A DNA stretch of 64,000 nucleotides from Phaeosaccion multiseriatum. Its lineage: Eukaryota > Protista > Ochrophyta, other classes. Where the stretch lies: NCBI GenBank assembly GCA_965112735.1, contig OZ218950.1, positions 7,340,488 to 7,404,487 of the forward strand, written 5' to 3'. A program made the translations under genes and the position numbers. This document shows positions 44,976 to 56,985 of this stretch, piece by piece. How positions within the stretch are numbered: the first letter of the stretch is position 1; every line of letters begins with the position of its first letter. The notes under the pieces are model-generated. The model had not been told where the DNA came from. It was given only the letters and a program-made list of their open reading frames with translations, and did no database searches.

Positions 44976-47167
44976 ATGACGGCTGCCAGGCGGGCCTTCT
45001 TGCTCGGGCGCTTGCTCCCAGCCAATGTCATCAGGAGGCACAGACAAAGAGCGCGGACTTCACTGGAGCTGCTGGGGAGGGTGAGGGCGAAAGGCACTGC
45101 GAGGAGTGATCCAACGAGCTCTGCGGTGGCCAGAAACGATGGCCGCTCGTTGCGTGAAGCGGGCTTCCGTTGTGCTGTGCCAAGGGGGACAGACGCAGGA
45201 GTAGCGCCAGCAGCGGCAGCACCGGAAGCAAGAGTGGCAGGAGTGGTAGCCGCGCCACTGCGATCAGAGCCCACCCTAAAAGGACATGTTGCAGCAGCGT
45301 CGCCGCCAGAGACACCTCGAGAGGAGCCGGCTCTACCCGAGGACGGCATGACACGATACCCGTCGCTGCAGAGCAGTCAGGGGCTGCTGAGAGGCCTCAC
45401 TTACTTGGGAACGGTCACCTTCGCGTGCTCAGGTGCGTGCGCTACGTATGAGGAGATGAATCGAGACTTGAGGAAAGAAAGGAAGAGGGACGGAGACAGA
45501 AAGATAAAAGGAGAACGATGGAGGGAAAGAGGGAGCAAGAGAGGGAGCAAGAGCGAGGGGGGGGAGAGAAAGGGAGAGATTTCGGGAGAGGAGGGCACAA
45601 GTGAGGGGCAAGCACGTGGGGGGGGGAGGCAGGGATGGACTATCGCACACTGTTCTGTTGAAGGGAAGGCAAGTACCGCCCACAGCACAGCCACAGCACA
45701 GCCACAGCCCGCTCGTGCTCGGGAACATACATATTGTAGGTAACTTCCGCCCCCCAACGCGCCCTGGGTGTGCTGAAGGCTTCGTGCTTCTTCTTCTCTC
45801 CTTTCCTCTCCTCTCAGGGAGCGTCACGGCGGGGCTGGCGCACATGGACATCCTCGGCTGTTGCGTGGTGGGAGCGATCACAGGTGAAGGAGTGAAGTCC
45901 TCTCTCACTCTTATGCCCTCCTCTCTCCCTCAGGGTTCAGCTCTCTCACTCTTATGCCCTCCTCTCTCCCTCAGGGTTCAGCTCTCTCACTCTTATGCCC
46001 TCCTCTCTCCCTCAGGGTTCAGCTCTCTCACTCTTATGCCCTCCTCTCTCGCCTCACACCTGACACAGCGCTGGGGGGAGGGACTGTGCGAGACCTCCTC
46101 CTCGGCACGGGGCCCGTGTTCTGGATGAGGGAAACGGAGTACGCGTGGATCGCAGGAGGCGTTGCCGCTCTCACTTTCTTTGGGTGGACGGTCGTGGCGG
46201 AGGGAAGGTCAGTGGCTAAATGGCAGAGCTGAGGGCAGTGGTGAGAGGCGGTGTGCAGCGGGAGTGCTCCATGTCGGAGCAATGGGCCGGGCTCGGAGAG
46301 GAGGGGAAAGGACAGGACAGGGCCGGACAGATGGCAGCGGACAGGATAGGAAAGGATAGGACAGGACCGGGTAGGACAGATGGCAGTGGACATGACAGGA
46401 CATGAGAGGAGAGGGCAGGACAAGAATGAGAAGAGAGGACAATCGCATTCATGCCCCACTTGAATAGGCTCCTTGTAACCCCTCCATGTGCGCGCAGTCG
46501 CCCACAGCACGCACGCACTCACGCACGCACGCACGCACACACATGCACTTGCACGTAGGCACGACGACGCCAGCACGGTGCTGCTGCTGCGAGGCATGGA
46601 CGCCGTCGGAGTGGGGGCCGTGTGCCTCATCGGAGCTCAGAGGTGCGTTGGGAGCAAAGTGTAAAGTGTAAAGGGGGGGGGGGTAAAGAGCTGCTTGCAA
46701 GCATCGCTGATCACCTCACTCGAATACGAACAAACTCTCTCCCCCGTCCCTTCCCTTCGCTTCCCCGCACGCCGGCGCCGCTCTCCAGCGCGGTGAGGGC
46801 GGGGGCGTCTGCTGCCATCGCCATCGCCTGCGGCACCATCAGCGCCACCTTCGGAGGGGTGATCCGAGACGTGCTGTGCGGCAAGCCTCCGCGCATCCTG
46901 CACTCAGAGTCCGAGGTGTACGCCACCACGGCCATGGCGGGGTCCTCCACCTACGTGCTGCTCAGGCACCTGGGCTGCTCGCCCTACGTCAAGATCTGGG
47001 GCGGCTTCTTCGCAGCGGTGGCCACCCGCTATATTGCGTGGAGATGGGATTGGCGCCTGCCCACCTGGGGCCGCTCCGACGACCCTCTGGGCCCCGACGC
47101 GTCCTTCCTGTCCTCCCCGCCCTCCCCGGGGGTGAGCGGAGGAGGGGCTGAGCGGAGGAGGGACTGA
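44976..47167 (+). CDS. TRIC/UPF0126 family protein, tandem copy 2, 5 exons
   Basis: Same motifs as copy 1; two additional introns at 46208-46558 and 46643-46788. Confidence 0.87.
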
Positions 47168-47394
47168 GCAGAGGGAGCATTTGGGCGGCAACACAGGAAG
47201 GAGTGGTGACCGCGGCTGCTGCGGCGCCGTCGATAAGTGGGAAGTGAGCCCCCATCTGTTTACATGAATTGAACTTCATTCGTTTGAGTAAAATGAATGT
47301 GAGATTCCATTGGTGCCGCAGTACGGCCTATACAAGTACGCCGAGCGAACGTACGCTAGCCCCCCCCCCCCCCCCCCTGTGCAGCAAGAGGGTT

Positions 47395-47672
47395 CATCCC
47401 TGTGCAACAAGAGGGTTCATCCCTGTGCAGCAAGAGGGTTCATCCCTGTGCAGCAAGAGGGTTCATCCCTGTGCAGCAAGAGGGTTCATCCCTGTGCAGC
47501 AAGAGGGTTCATCGCATGTGTCAAGAGGGTTCATCCCTGTGCAGCAAGAGGGTTCATCCCTGTGCAGCAAGAGGGTTCATCCCTGTGCAGCAAGAGGGTT
47601 CATCTCATGTGTCAAGAGGGTTCATCTCATGTGTCATCTCAACAAGAGGGTTCATCTCATGTGTCATCTCAG
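47395..47672. repeat. 23-bp minisatellite (CCCTGTGCAGCAAGAGGGTTCAT)n in the 3' region between convergent genes
   Basis: About 9 near-perfect units plus degenerate ones, running into the ArfGAP stop codon. Confidence 0.9.
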
Positions 47673-50600
47673 TAGAGAGGACACCCCTGCATCTGCCTCT
47701 GGAGAGCGAAAGCGTGCCGTGACAGGGCGCTTGCCGTGCAGCAGCTTGGACACGGTGTGCGCGTGTCCGAGGTATTGCTCGCCGCTCAGCCCCACCACCA
47801 CGCTGAGGGGAGGGGATGGCAGTCGAGGGGGGGGGGAGGGAGGGGTCAAGGGGCAGCAGGCAGCCTTCGGTGGGCAGGGGTGGGCAGTATGTTGTCCAAG
47901 GGGCGGTCGTCAATGAGGCGAGCCACCGGAAGGGAAGGAGTGTGCAAAGAGACTGGCGCGCCCCTCGCTCTCCATTCCCTCGCCTCAAGCCCTCTTCCTC
48001 CGTCGCTCCCTGTGTTCCCTCTTCCGCCCTCCCCCTCTCTCGCCCTCTCCCTCACTCTCCCTGCTCCGTCCCCCTCTCTCTCGTCTCTCCCCTCTCCCTC
48101 TCTCCCTCTCTCACCTGCCCTCCAACACCCCCTGGTGCATGGCCTGCCCGTCCTCGCTGACCCTTGTCACCACAGTGAAGGGCTTATGTGAGCCCCGCTC
48201 CTCCACCCGCATGCCCAGAGGCCCCTCCTCAAAAGTCGCGTCGTACTCGCAGTCGTCCTCGGGGTCCGCAGAGAGCTCCACCTGCAGGCAAAGCATTGGG
48301 GGGTACAAAGTCAGTGAGGGGGTCAGTTGCACTCGCGTTTCTGCCAAAGGAAACCCCTCCCCTCCTCTCGCCTTCAGCGAGCACTCAGCGAAGGCAGCAG
48401 ATGGCCACAGGCCAAGAGGTCCCTCAAGAGGTGCATGTGTACCCCTCCCCCTCCCCCTACCCTTGCCCTGAGCCCCACCCAAAGAGCCGCACCTTGGTGC
48501 TCATGCCAAGCCCGTCGGGTACGTGCAGCGTCACGGACCCCCCCCCCCCTCCCCCCTGCTTGACAAGCATGTTGCTGTGGCTGTAGCCGCCTGCAATGGA
48601 CGTCGAAACGGGGTTGAAGGCCTCGTTACGGTGCGCGCGCACATACGGCATGGGCGCAGGGGCCTCTCCGACAGCCGCTCCCTTGGCATTGGCGCCGTTG
48701 ATGGGGGAAGTTGGGTTGCCGAGGCCCAAGCCCACCGCCACCCCGCTCACCGCGTCCAATGCGCCGCTCACCGCTCCGAGCCCCAACTGCCCCCACGATG
48801 CCGCCGCAGCCCCCCCCGCCTGCTGCTGCTGTATCACCAACTGCTGCTGCTGCTGCTTCCCCCCTCCCGCCGCCCCGTGCCCCTCCATCTTCTTGCGGAA
48901 GAGAAGCGTGAGTGGCCTTGGTGAGGCGGAGATGAGGGCCATGGCTTGTTCGTACGTACTCACGGAGGCGCTGTTGACGCCCGTGAGGCGGTCGCCGCAG
49001 CGGATACCTTGGCCGAACGAAGGCCCGCCCTCAACCACCTAAGGGGGAAGGGGAGGAGAGAGTTGGGTGGGGTTGGGTGGGGTCGGTGGCGATGGAGCAC
49101 CGGAACTCACTAGGTCGAAAATGGACTATCGACTATAGACTATCGACTATCGACTTGTCAAATAAATACTCTCTCTCTAACGTGCTCGCACTCTCCTTCT
49201 CTCACACGCACACACCTTGGTGACAATGGGCCACCCCTTCTCATCCTTGGTGAGCGTGAGGCCGAGTGTGCCGGGTCCGAAGGCGATGGCGAAGTCCACG
49301 GACAAGCCAGCACGGAACTTGTCCGCCGCGTCCTCCTGCCCGGGGGGGGCGAGGCTCTTGCTGGCCCTGCGGGGGAGGGGGAGAAAGAGGAGAGAGAGAG
49401 AGGGACAGAGGTCAGGCACAGAGAGACGAGAGAGAGAGAGGGACAGAGGTCAGGCACAGAGAGAGGAGAGAGAGAGAGAGGGACAGAGGTCAGGCACAGA
49501 GAGAGGAGAGAGGGAGAGGCACAGAGGTCAGGCACAGAGAGAGGAGAGAGACAGAGAGGGACAGAGGTCAGGCACAGAGAGAGGAGAGAGGGAGAGGCAC
49601 AGAGGTCAGGCACAGAGAGAGGAGAGAGGGAGAGGGACAGAGGTCAGGCACAGAGAGAGGAGAGAGGGAGAGGCACAGAGGTCAGGCACAGAGAGAGGAG
49701 AGAGGGAGAGGCACAGAGGTCAGGCACAGAGAGACGAGAGAGGGAGAGGGACAGAGATGAGGCACAGAGAGAGGAGAGAGGGAGAGGGACAGAGGTCAGG
49801 CACAGAGAGAGGAGAGAGGGAGAGGGACAGAGGTCAGGCACAGAGAGAGGAGAGAGGGAGAGGGACAGAGGTCAGGCACAGAGAGAGGAGAGAGGGAGAG
49901 GGACAGAGGTCAGGCACAGAGAGAGGAGAGAGAGAGAGGGACAGAGGTCAGGCACAGAGAGAGGAGAGAGAGAGAGGGACAGAGGTCAGACACAGAGAGA
50001 GGAGAGAGGGAGAGGGACAGAGGTCAGGCACAGAGAGAGGAGAGAGGGAGAGGGACAGAGGACGAGAGAGGGAGAGGGACAGAGGTCAGGCACAGAGAGA
50101 GGCGAGAGGGAGAGGGACAGAGATGAGGCACAGAGAGAGGAGAGAGGGAGAGGGACAGAGGTCAGGCACAGAGAGAGGAGAGAGGGAGAGGGACAGAGAT
50201 GAGGAACTGAGGTCAGGCACAGAGCAGTGGAGGTGAGCTGTGGAGGGGAGGCAGGGCAGAGCGACGACCACCCTGTTGAAAACTGAAACTGCAAGCACCG
50301 AGTCCCTACGCACCCCCCTGCTCACCTCGCCTCCTTGGTCCGCTTCTTGCCACGCTCCTTGAGCCTCGCGCTCATGCCTTCGCTGTCGTAACTGTCGTCC
50401 TCGAAGAAGCGGGCGTGTTGGTCATCTAGAGACAGTCCCTTCGGCACGTGCCTGGCCATCTGTAGGATGCTCTCCTCGAACTTCTCCCTACCGCTCTGCT
50501 CCCTCCGGCTCTGCTCTGTATCACCAACTGCTATGGTGCCTTGGGACGACTGCAGCACGGCCCGGTCGTCGCCCTCCGCCCCCCTCGCTCTACTGCCCTT

Positions 50601-52396
50601 CTTGCTCCTCCTGTCCATCTTGTCCTTCTTGCCTGCGCTGCGCCCCTTCTCCTCCTGCTGTGCTCTGCTGCTCTTCTGCCTGGCCTTGGCCCTCTGCAGC
50701 TCGACCCTCCTCTGCCGCGCCAAGGCGTCGTCTTGTTCCTTGGTGCGGATGCGGGTCACGTGCACGTGCTTCTCTTCGAGCCCGCCTGATGCGTGGCCGA
50801 GGCCGTACAGACAGCACCAAAGGAAGGAAGAAAGAAAAGGATGAGCACAACGCCGAGAGGGAAGGAAGGAATGAAGGAACGCGCGCTTGCGGCGGCTGCA
50901 GAAGGAAGGACGCGGTAATGAGCAGCAGTGGGGGAGGGTCTTCCCGCTTGACATGTCCTTCCCGCTTGACATGTCCTTCCCGCTCACGCCACTCACCTCC
51001 GTACTTGACGCGCCAAGTGCCGTTGCCGTGCACCTTGCCGAGCGTGCCTCTCTTCCACGCCTCGCCCTTCCTCTCCCTCACCTTCACCTTCGTCCCCTCC
51101 ACCAGCCTATATGCCTGCTGCTGTAGCGCCACCGGCGGTGGAGCAAGCTGGTCCTCCTCCCCTGCCGGCCTCTCGCGAGTTGCCTCCTCTTCCTTCTCTT
51201 CCATCCTCCGCAGCGCTTCATCTTCCACCCCCTCGTCTTGTCCCTGCGGCGTCGCTGAAGAACAACCCCCTTCCCCCCCTTCCCCCCCGGCCTCTGCCCC
51301 CCCCCCCTCCTCGAGCTGTAGCTGTCCGCCCCCCTCCGCCCCCCCCTGCCCCCCCTCTGCCGCGAGCGCCTCCCCGTCCTCGGGAGAAGCAGTCTCACCC
51401 CCAGAGGAGGAGATTAGAGGGATATGGGCAGAGGAGATTGGAGGCACATGGGCCGGCGGGGGAGGGGGTGATGGGGACGTGCCCCCTTCCCGGGTCTCGG
51501 CCCGGGCCGTACTCCGAGCGTCTCCTGCAAGAGGAGAATGAGGAGCGGGTCCAGTTGCTGTCTGTCCAGTTGCTGTCTGTCCAGCCGCCGCTCCCTCCCC
51601 TGCAGGCGCCCTCATCACGCCTCCTGACGGTTTCCGCGCTTCATCGCCCCCGCCACCCCTCACGGCGGGGCCACTGCTGTTACTGTTGCTGTTGCTGTTG
51701 CTGCTTTCGCTGCTGCTCTCGTCCCCACCGCCCGTAGTGCTGCTCGCACCCGACGTGCTGCTGCTGCTGCTGCTACTGCTACTACATTCGCTGCTGCTGC
51801 TACTGCTTTCGCTGCTGCTGCTGCTACTACTACTACTACTACTGCTCGACGAGCTGTACCCATCCCCTCCCCCTCTCTCCCGCCTCCGCCTGCTCTTGCT
51901 CTTCCTCCCCCCCCTGCTCCCTAACTTACTGCCGTTCCTCACACGATACGCGGTGGCGGGAGGAGCCAGTGGCGCCCCCCCCCTCGCTTCTCCGCCCCGA
52001 GTGCGCACAGCCGTCGCCTCTTCCCGGTACCCCCCCCTCCCCCTCCCCCTCCCGCCTGACCCCGACCTTGCCCCTCCCCCCCCCCCCTGCAGTCCCTCTA
52101 GATAGGGAGCATCGAGGCTGGTCAGGGGTGTCCCTCCGCTCCCCTCAAAGAGCACCTTCAAGGGCCTCCTCATCCCCGGCAGCCTCGCCAGCAGCTCGTC
52201 GTAGTCGTAGATGCGCATATCCTCAAGCCCCGCCACAAGGTCTCCCACTCGCACCCCCAGCAGCGAGGCAGCACCCCCCGGGGCCACTCGGCACACGCCT
52301 GCCCTGCCCGAGGCGTCCTGAGCCATGGGGAGCCAAAAGGGGCAAGGAGGGGTGGCACCAGCAGTGGGCGATACAGCAACAGAAGCAGTGGGCGAC

Positions 52397-52428
<32 letters not shown>

Positions 52429-53826
52429 CGTTAGTTAGCGATACAGCGGAAGCATTGTGTTGACGATACAGCAGTGAGGCCGAGGCGCACTATCGCAGGT
52501 CTATCGGAGCATGTGTGGGTGGTTCAGGAGCTCTGGTGGAGTCTTTCAACGAGTGGGACTCCCCAAACAGTTGGTGATACAGCCCCTACCGAGGCCCGTC
52601 GCCACGTGCCCTCTTACCCACCTTGCCCACAGAGAAGCCCATTCCCTCCCTCAGGAAAGTCACTTCGTACTCTCCCGCCCCAAGCTTCCTCACGAGGTCC
52701 CCCACCGTCAGCCCTGCCCCTCCCCCTCCCCCTCCCCCTCCCACGCCCCTGGGCTTGCTCCGCAGCTCGCCCGTGTGCCGTGTCCCTCCGTGCGTGGCGC
52801 TTGACGCAGGCCTGTGGCTTTGACTGTGACTGCATTTATGAGCACCAGGGGGGACGCCAGAGAGGTGCGCGTACTCCTGCTGCTGCATGACCAACTGCTT
52901 TGGCTGCTGCTGCTGTTGCTGCCGTTCCTTCCCCTCCCTCGTCCTTCCTTTGCGCTGTTTCTTGGCCTGTTTGGCGGCCTTCTCAATCGCTTTCCGCTCC
53001 TTCCGACTTTCCTCCTGTCGAGTTTGAACGGGGATGGCGACGATGAGGGAGTACACTCAGTCACGTTTGGAGGCAGGAGAAGAAGGGAGGAGCAAACCAA
53101 TGTTGCCACACACCTCGAACGCGATTGCCGCCGCCTCTGTGAAGGACGTGCGGCGCCCTCCCTCCCCATCGGACCCGTTGGACGACTTGCTGCACGCCGC
53201 ATCCGCCGCTTCCCCGAGCTTGTCCCTATACACGGCCGCTGCCTGAGAGAAGGAATGTGTGCAGTGCTTGCCAGACTGAGTGTAGCGCCTCACAACAAAC
53301 GTGCGTGACTCCGCAGCTCACCTTGGTTCTGTATTTCATCTCTATCTTACTGTTGTGCACTTTGCACCGGGCGAACCAGCTCCGCAACTGCTCGTTCCCT
53401 CCCAGCTGCATGCACTGGACCTGCTTGGCATCGAACCGGTCCATGGACACCTAGGAGGGAGGAGGAGAGGTCACTTAAAGGGATGGATCAAAGGGACACG
53501 AGCATAGAGTAGGCCTCGTCGCGTCGCACCGATTTGACGACAGAGAGGTGGGTGCCCAGACCGCGATGCCTGCCCCCGCAGCGCATACACAGCAGCGCGC
53601 CGTGACTGACGGCCGCCCAGTCCGTGTCCGCAGCGCCGCAGTCCATGCAGGTGCTGGCAGGGAGGCGGGGAGGGCAGCGCACAGAGATAGAGGGTTATCA
53701 AATGTGAGAAGGGGGAAGGTTGGAAGAAGTGCCTGCTTCTTTGCTCAGTATTACTCACTCATTGCCCGCGAGGGCCCTAACGTTTGCCAACGCCCTCCGC
53801 GGGAAAGCCTCCGGCTCAGAGTCCAT
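47664..53826 (-). CDS. ArfGAP-domain protein with three PDZ-like domains and a Tudor/Agenet-like module, multi-exon
   Basis: GNDTCMDCGAADTDWAAVSHGALLCMRCGGRHRGLGTHLSVVKSV (C4 finger plus Arg finger); PDZ-like segments YEVTFLREGMGFSV..GDLVAGL..RRPLKVLF, FGPGTLGLTL..GDRLTGVN..PRPLTLLF, FEEGPLGMRV..KRPVTARF; EGTKVKVR..WKRGTLGKVHGNGTWRVKY. Confidence 0.8.
49385..50224. repeat. Intronic minisatellite, about 38-bp unit (GAGAGAGGAGAGAGGGAGAGGGACAGAGGTCAGGCACA), about 20 units
   Basis: Fills almost an entire ArfGAP intron. Confidence 0.9.
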
Positions 53827-54357
53827 GAGGCTTCTCCTTAGTCCGTGTGAATCCTTTCCATGGTCTCAGCTACCTCTCACAAAATCTTTAGCATTGCCTC
53901 CGGCCCTATGACCCAGAAGCACCCCTCTTTTCGCTTTTTCTTGTCTGAGGGTCTGAGGCAAAGGGAAGAAGCCTCTAAAAGTTTCCCGTTTCAGTTTCTT
54001 AGCTTCCTTCTCCGCTCTTTCGTTAAAGCGAAATCTTACAGCCTAGCGTCAAAACCTCTCTTTATTCCCTCAGGTGGATAGACTGGCTGCAAAGGGGTAA
54101 GTAACAGCTCTTCTGCGGAGTGGGAGTGCGTTGAGCTTTGGTGGCGCTGACAACGATATCCTTTATTTTTCCTCCCCCCTTTCCTTTTTTCTTCAAACTC
54201 ATCCTTTCAGATGTCTTCGATGCTTCTTAGCTCGGATGCAGTGCGCCAACAAGGGAATGAGGCGTACAGGAGCTCTCAACAGCAGGGCATTACCGCTGTC
54301 ATACGGATAAAGCGTTTGGAGAAAGCGCTGGGCCGATACAAAGAGGCTGCCAAGAGG

Positions 54358-54635
54358 TGTGCTAAGTTCAGATAACGTCTTATTATCCTGAACCTCTAGT
54401 ATTGCGCAATACTAGAGGTTCAGGATAATAAGACGTTATCTGAACTTAGCACAAAAATATTTCCGAGGTTGGGGGTTCAGATCCCTTGTGTGACCAGAAA
54501 GTTAGTCGTCCCGAGGGGAGGATAAGTCGTTAGTCGTCCCGAGGGGAGGATAACGGACATGACCCCGCAACCCGGGGAAATATTTTTGTGCTAAGTTCAG
54601 ATAACGTCTTATTATCCTGAACCTCTAGTATTGCG
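54358..54635. mobile_element. MITE/foldback-like element: 60-bp TIRs (54405-54464 / 54576-54635) plus an extra 48-bp end copy forming a perfect 96-bp palindrome (54358-54453)
   Basis: Base-by-base complementarity checked; internal 25-bp direct repeat GTTAGTCGTCCCGAGGGGAGGATAA x2; AT-rich relative to the host. Confidence 0.85.
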
Positions 54636-56925
54636 GCAACACGCGATCTAAGGCGCAGAAGGTAAGACCCGTTACCACGGAGCTAAGCGTGAGTCTAGTC
54701 CATGGCTCACCCCAGTGCGCTGCTGCTATTGCTGCCCCCTGCCCCATCAATATCCTCAGAACCAGGCCGTCGCTGGCAGAGACTATTGCGAGGTGGGTGC
54801 AAGCAAGCAAGGAAGGACGAATGTCCACTCTCACCCTATATATCGAGGGGGGCGCTTCCCTTCCCTGCACTAAGCTTTTAACTACAACCGACTTGCTACG
54901 CCCCCATGGCTTGTTTTCTAGTTGAGCGACCCCCCCACTCTCTCAGTTGAGCTTGCTTGTAACACCCCCCGGCCGGCCCTCCTCTCTCAGTTCCTCCTCC
55001 AGAAGGGGTGGGGCGGTGAGACGGAGTACGTTCAACTGGTCTTGGCGCTGCACTCGGCCCTCGAGGCCGCCCTAGGCGCGTCGATTGCAGGCTCTCGCTG
55101 CGGGCAGGGCGAGGTGGGTGGCTGGGGTGGGTGGCTGTGTATTGATTGTACCTTGGCAAGCGTGAAAATGCCGTCCGCAGAGACAAGGCTCTCACCTTTC
55201 TCTCTCTCTTCTCTGTGTGCAGACGTGGCTCTCTGTGGTGGAGCTGTGCCTGAGCAAAACCCTGGGCATGTTTGCGGAGCTGGCATTGTTCGAAACGGTG
55301 TGCGATGACGGCTTGGACGGCGGCTTGCCTGACGACGAAGAAGAAGAGGGGGAGAGGAAGGTGAAGACTCGCATGACGTTCGAAAAGCTGGATTTTGTCC
55401 ATTCCGCACTTCAGGAGCTGGGCAAAAAGGAAGACAATGGCGACTTTGGTGTGGGGAGCCTCATCAAGAGTGGCCTGGAGATGGTCATTGCCAAGCTCAC
55501 CTTTCAGTATGCGACGAGGGTTGAGAGCGAGCTGTCTGACTTCGCTACCTCCCTCGGCATGACGAGGGGCGCGGCGATGAACTTCGAAAGGGCCAGTCAG
55601 CTGCTACGTGAGGTACAGAGGGAGGTCGCAAAGGGCGGGGGCACCGGAGCGGAGGCACGGCTCGGGGTCTTTGCCACACGGGCGGGGGTGGAGGTGCAAG
55701 AAGTAATGGAGTCTGCCGCCTTCCAGGAGAGGCGTTGCGAGAGCGTCATCCACAGGAAAGGCGCCGACGATGACCTGAAGAGTCATTTGGCGGGGAACGA
55801 GCACCCGGACTTCGACTACCTTTGGATGCTGGCGGACCGCTACAAGGTGTGTCCAATGACTTGTGTAAAGGGGGGACTTGGTCGAGTGTGAGAAGTAGCG
55901 CCTTTACCCCAACTGATGCCTATCCACTGATTTATCTACTTGTCACACGAGGGATGAGGGGGAAGGTCTTTCCGACGGACTGGAACAGATGTAGAGACGC
56001 CTTCATCCTTTGGTTCATCCTTTCCTGCACCCCCGCCCTTCCCATACGCTTGCGCCTTTTCAGCACGCCATTCTGTTGACTCGCGGGCTCGACGTGGAGA
56101 ACGAAGCGATTGCTGTGTCTCGCCTCGCCTCCCTCTTCAGCGACGTGCTCCGGGTGGATCACTCCGCCCTTCAGTACGCGGCACAGGTGAGGCAGGCTCT
56201 CGTCTGCACACTCCTCCTATGCTATGGTACGATACCTGACGCCTTTTGTCAATACCATACCCTACTCGGCCAGGCGGTGGAGCTTGGTGACTCATTGGCA
56301 CCGATGGACGTGAGCGATACCAAGTGGTACAAGGTCAGTGCATGGGGCGAGTAGGGCGAGCACTGCGAGCGCTCTTGTCGGCTTAAGCGCCGGGGCGAGT
56401 ACTGGGGTAGCCGTGTCTGCATCCCGCGCACCGCGTCCGTTTCTCATCATTTCGTACCTGCCTCTGCACCTCTTTCCTGTGTCTGGCAGGACGCGAAGGC
56501 GATCCACACGGCTTTGTACAAGGCCCCCACGCCCATCGCGAAGGAAGAGATGGCCAAGATCAAGGAGGACCTCAAGGTGTGTGCGTGTGGGCGTGCGTGC
56601 GTGTGTGTGTGGGAGGCCTCAAGCGTGACCTCGTGGGCCGACCTTGCTGTGTCCACGAGCAAGCGCCCAACTCAACCCCTCCCTGGCTGCCTCCACCTCG
56701 CCACATTGCTTCGACCCTCCCTTGCCTTTCTCGCCTCTCCTGCCTGCCTTCAAGGAGGACCTGCTGGAGCTCAAGGAGGCCGCCTCGAACACGGAGCGCA
56801 CCGGAGTCACGCGCATCAGAGACGTCCTCTTCCTGCTCTACGCCAAGCACAGGCCCAAAAACCCCGGACACACCCTCGGCAGCACCAAGGCATCGGACCT
56901 GAAGGTGACCCTGCGGGAGGAAGCC

Positions 56926-56985
56926 ATGGTCCACTACATGGTCCACTACATGGTCCACTACATGGTCCACTACATGGTCCACTAC
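56926..56985 (+). repeat. In-frame 12-bp coding repeat ATGGTCCACTAC x5 (MVHY x5)
   Basis: Directly visible, immediately before SPDK. Confidence 0.95.

Noticed and set aside
47395-47672. Regular 23-bp repeats (also the 23-, 33- and 38-bp intronic arrays) as a CRISPR-like array
   Set aside because: Units are contiguous with no unique spacers, there are no cas genes, and the context is eukaryotic
49217-50236. 339-aa Arg/Glu/Gly repeat ORF
   Set aside because: Translation of an intronic minisatellite on the antisense strand
54357-54628. Foldback element as a clean, frame-preserving introner intron (GT 54357 to AG 54628)
   Set aside because: This splice puts the following exons out of the frame that gives KNQAVA and joins the phase-0 downstream exons; only a cryptic downstream acceptor could rescue it
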